Source: Cirrosporium novae-zelandiae (lineage: Eukaryota). Taken from it: DNA of 64,000 bases. Positions within the stretch are counted from its first letter, which is position 1, and the number at the start of each line of letters is the position of its first letter. Location: the NCBI GenBank assembly GCA_026023565.1, contig JAPETS010000036.1:186001-250000 (forward strand). The letters are read 5' to 3'. The translations under genes were made by a program, and so were the position numbers. Shown here one piece after another: positions 60,188 through 64,000 of the stretch. The notes beneath the pieces are model-generated. The model was not told the DNA's origin. It did not search any database and saw nothing but the letters and a program-made list of their open reading frames with translations.

Positions 60188-63100
60188 TTATGTTGTGTCA
60201 AGGTCCTTAACATATTTGTCTCTCAAGTTGCACAAATTATCCTTCCACCAATCGGGGATATCCTCTGTCCCGAGTATAGACTCCGCATGATAGGAGTGGA
60301 GGAGATCAACTAGTTGCTGAATATTCAAACCGTAGCTGGCAATATCATTCGCCATATACAGAACTGAGGGGCATTTCGTGTGTTCATTCACATCAGCTCC
60401 ATTCTCTAGTAGAATTCGGATTGTGTTTAATCCAAGTAGTTCCGAGAAGTCACCGGAAGGTGGACTTGTTGTTATACAGAAGGCCCAGGAGACTCCACCA
60501 GAAAGGGCATGTTGTAATGCAGACCCAAAATTTCCCAAGAGATTGACATCTGCCCCGAATTCAGTCAAAAGCTTTAAAGTAGAATTTTGGCCCCTAGAAG
60601 CTGCAGAAGCTAATGCAGTATTACAATATGCTGTTGTAGAAAGATTAATATCCGCCCCTAATTCAAGCAAAAGATTCACAGTAGAATTATGACCATTAGA
60701 AGCTGCAGCAGTAAGGGCAGTACCACGATATCCTATTTTAGCAGGATTAATATCCGCTCCTGACTTTATCAAAAGGCTCACGGTAGAATTTTGGCCTCTA
60801 GAAGCTGCAGCAGCTAATGCAGTACTAAAAAGTCCTTCTGTGGAAAGATTAATATCCGCCCCTAATTCAAGCAGCAATTCTATCGCGGAATTCTGGCCTT
60901 GGCTTGCAGCAAACTGTAATGCGGTAAGTCCTTTTGCTGTTTGGTGGTCAACTTCTGCGCCATTTTCAACTAGCAGTCTGATCATATCCAGGTTTCCATA
61001 GGACGCTGATACTGCCAGCGGTGGACTCTTATCCCCATAGTTGCAATTGACGTCAGTTCCTTCATGAACTAAGGATTTACCGGTCTTCCAAAGCTCCAGA
61101 ATAGATGCAAAATATACCGGAGATGGTAGAAAGGAACTTTCATTGGCAGTATTATTAATAACCATGGATACTTGATGCTCGCACAGCCCTGGTGATAGGC
61201 AATCTGGATGGTCACAGTGCAAATCATTTAGGCATAACGAAAGGGCATTTTTGATATTGTAGTAGTCTAGATAGAAGGAAGTTATATGCATGCTATCACT
61301 ATACACGTTGAGAAATTCAGCCCACTTTGTAACATCCAGGCTGTTATCCAGAAATCGGGCAATAAATTCAGGTCCAGGTGGAAGCGTAGTTTCATCTTTA
61401 ATTCTGCTATGATCTACCCAGTATCGCGCTGCATAAGCTAGAAATGGCCTACTGGCAAGAACTCCACTCCAGAGTTTTTCGATATTGCTAGTATTCTTGT
61501 TCGTGTTCTTCCCGGCTCCTAGCCAACTTTGAAGCCACTGGATGGTGTCTACCTCTTCCATAACTTGAATTAGATAAAATAGGCATGACTCGGCTATGTG
61601 GCTATGTGCGTGTAGTTCTTGAATGCGGAACCAAGTACCCTCGGATGCGCGGCTAGTTTCGAGGAACTCTTGGACAGAGAAGTGGGCTAATCTTATGTCT
61701 TTTCTTTCTACAGCAACGTCGGAGCTGTCTTCGGAGTTGTGCTCATAGATGACCTGGGTGCTCCATTCTCGACGGTACATTACTGAATTAGAAGTCACAA
61801 GGCCAGAACATATTCTCAGGATCTCTTCAGGTTCATGTAAGGAACGATCCGGATCGATGTAAGGAGGTTCATGAACCACTGTGAGGACTTCGGCTAGCTC
61901 GTCCAAGAAAAGGGGCCTCTGAGAGTAAGACAAGAATTGAAGGATTGTCTTCACTCTGTCAAGATGGATTTCATCAACCCGTTCTAGCATTCGTATATAC
62001 GTCTCATCTAAGGTTTTTGGCAGTGATTTGAGAGTTTTGCTGAGGTCAGCCTTGGAGGCGCATTTTTTGATCTCGTCCATCTGGCATACAACCCAGCGGA
62101 ACCTGGTAATGCATGAATCAGTCTGTGAACAACAAAAAACCTCAGAATGGCCCTATCTTAGGATCCTCCAGAAACATAGTCAATTGATAAGCATTCCAAC
62201 CAAACTACAAAACGACCCATTCTTCCTTCTGTAAAGGAAAAAGGCTTCGAGGGGACAAAATCATACATTCCTTGTGCACCACTCGTCAGAGCATCTTCAA
62301 TCTCCACTTACGTGCTGCGGGACCACCTTTTCAATTTGCCATCGCATAAAATATTTTCATGGACGAAATATCGGATATCGCTATCAACAACAGCCTCTTC
62401 AAGGCATACTATACTCATAGTAATATGGTCTAGACTCTCTTCGATATCGGTTTCTCTCCTGCTTGTTGCTAATATATGAAGACTTTCAATATTTTTTTCT
62501 CTTATATCAGCAATAATTTTCAGCATTTTTTCTCTTTCTCCACACTCATCAAGAGAGTCAATGACTACGTAGGTGCATCTTAAAAGGGAGGCGATATTTA
62601 AGAGCTCTGCGGTAAGATCGCTATTTGACGGTTTCATAGTCCCCGAGTTGCATTGTGAATATAGGCGAGTGAGAGAATCCGGAACGTCTCCATATTTATA
62701 ACAGAGTTGTTGGACTAGCGACCGTAGCATCCCTTCACATGTTTTTTTTGCCTACGACTGGAAGTCAAAGTAAAAGTACACGACTGCTTTTCCGACTGTC
62801 TGGTCATAATTGTCATGGAGATTCTGTATGATTGTTGAGCTAGAATTGGTCAGTAATTGCCTAAGGTATTTGATAGAGGATGAGAACGAGAAAGATATTC
62901 TGGTCGTGAATTAAAGAATGAAGTGGATGTTTCTGTTGCGTATGATCTCACTGACCTTAATATTGTCTTTCCGGCGCCAGCTGTGGCTCGTAAGTAGTCA
63001 ATCTCTATAATAGACGCATAGCTTTACCTTTCCCGTTCAGCCACAAGAATGAACAAGGATCACGTTGCCATTCTCTATATGTTTCCCCAACAAGAAACCA

Positions 63101-63945
63101 ATCTCCTGTTTTGTCCTGATGGCGGTCACAAGCAGCATTGAAGTTCGTCGAAGGATCAAGTTCTTGAGGAGCTAGCCAGGCTAGCACTGCTCGTTTGTGG
63201 TTATCTTCAATCTTCTATCAGCACATCACATTCACATTTGAGAACATGAATACTAAATTTGAACGGCTTCATATTTTCTTGCGCAGTTGATATGAAACAG
63301 AATAATGGTCCTTGAAGCCCGAAATACCGAGAGACAGGCCTTCGGAAAATCGCATATTCAATATGGAACCCTCCAACTCTTCATGAATAAACATTAAATA
63401 AAGACAATAGGATTATTTGCAGTGCAACAAATTCTGATAATTGAAGAGAATGGGTGTACTATACCTATCTTCATAGACTTCAGGTCATCCTGAATATCTA
63501 ATGCCACCGATGCGATGTCTGTTTCAATGGCCACTGCCATGATTCTATATCTTCCAATGTTTTCGACGTATTGCTCAACATCATCTTTCTTAAGCGGCCA
63601 TTTTAATGAATGTTTCACAACTTTCCATCGTCGTAAAGGCTTTGGATAACCCTTCCAACGAAGCCTCTCCCCTAGTGCTTGGACTTCGGCTTCGCAATCT
63701 CCAAGGGTTCCACCAGGTGAGGTAAATTTTTGCAAAGTTGGTAGGCGAGAGTTCTTCTTGTCCTTTTCTGCTTTTAAAGCTAGTTCCTTAATATTCCCTA
63801 GAACAACATTTAGTTCTTCAAGTGCTTTGATAGTCCTATTGATATCCTCAATAGCATGATGAGCATCCTTCGCGTATTGTCGGCACGTGGTTATCACCGA
63901 GGTGGTGATTTGAACGATTGCAATTACACTTGCCGCAACCTCCAT
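60188..63945 (-). pseudogene. Fungal NLR (HeLo-like/SesA N-terminus, NACHT, winged helix, ankyrin repeats) with two in-frame stops
   Basis: MEVAASVIAIVQI...LKWPLKK N-domain; spliced Walker A LWLNGKAGAGKTILSS; Walker B YVVIDSLDEC; ATSR; FRWVVCQ, LPKTLDETY, LAHFSVQEFL; ankyrin repeats; TAG at 62752-62754 and TAA at 62308-62310. Confidence 0.88.
60530..60930 (-). repeat. Ankyrin repeats with high nucleotide identity, 102-nt period
   Basis: On the + strand, TAGAAGCTGCAG at ~60595, 60697, 60799 and GATTAATATCCGC at ~60643, 60745, 60847. Confidence 0.85.
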
Positions 63946-64000
63946 AATCCAAGATTGGATCAGGCTGAGATGGAGAGTCTCGGTTTAGGAATAATTCTGT

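Noticed and set aside
35019..62754. Stop-codon reassignment or A-to-I editing as the explanation for the in-frame stops
   Set aside because: Normal genes here end in TAA or TAG, so the code is standard. Editing would give Trp at positions that look polar, the TAA would need two edits, and the BTB gene has other lesions
63190..63470. Amyloid signalling motif associated with the NLR
   Set aside because: The segment between the N-domain and NACHT looks like an intron; no HRAM, sigma or PP-like G/N/Q pattern is visible

Overview
Eukaryotic DNA from a filamentous ascomycete (Pezizomycotina-type): short GT-AG introns with CTRAY branch points and typical fungal genes. There are two conserved housekeeping blocks. 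The first (1-12.7 kb) holds the 3' end of HIS4, a TRK K+ transporter, ERG8 and a large PPR protein. The second (38.6-55.1 kb) holds POL32/cdc27, RAD18, CHMP7/cmp7, TRS85, CCA1, TTI2 and FIG4. The accessory-looking region at 13.5-38 kb has a membrane protein, a secreted alpha/beta-hydrolase, a PTH11-like receptor, an amidase, low-complexity DNA, a divergent ANTH-only Sla2 paralogue, an SDR, a degenerate repeat array, a JlbA/IDI-4-like bZIP, a BTB pseudogene and an MFS transporter. The region at 56-64 kb has a pectate lyase and a HeLo-like/NACHT/ankyrin NLR with two in-frame stops. Most notable: (1) an intact six-exon, 334-aa Sla2-derived ANTH-only gene that the ORF track shows only in fragments; (2) the NLR, whose stops look like CpA>TpA changes, one of which creates an in-phase GTAAGT splice donor; (3) a head-to-head POL32-RAD18 pair with an MCB-like site between them; (4) a 400-nt ERG8 intron with an inverted repeat and a possible poison micro-exon; (5) a spliced uORF abutting the PPR start codon. 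All family calls come from motif recognition by eye; no database search was run. No rRNA, tRNA, CRISPR or intact transposon was recognised.
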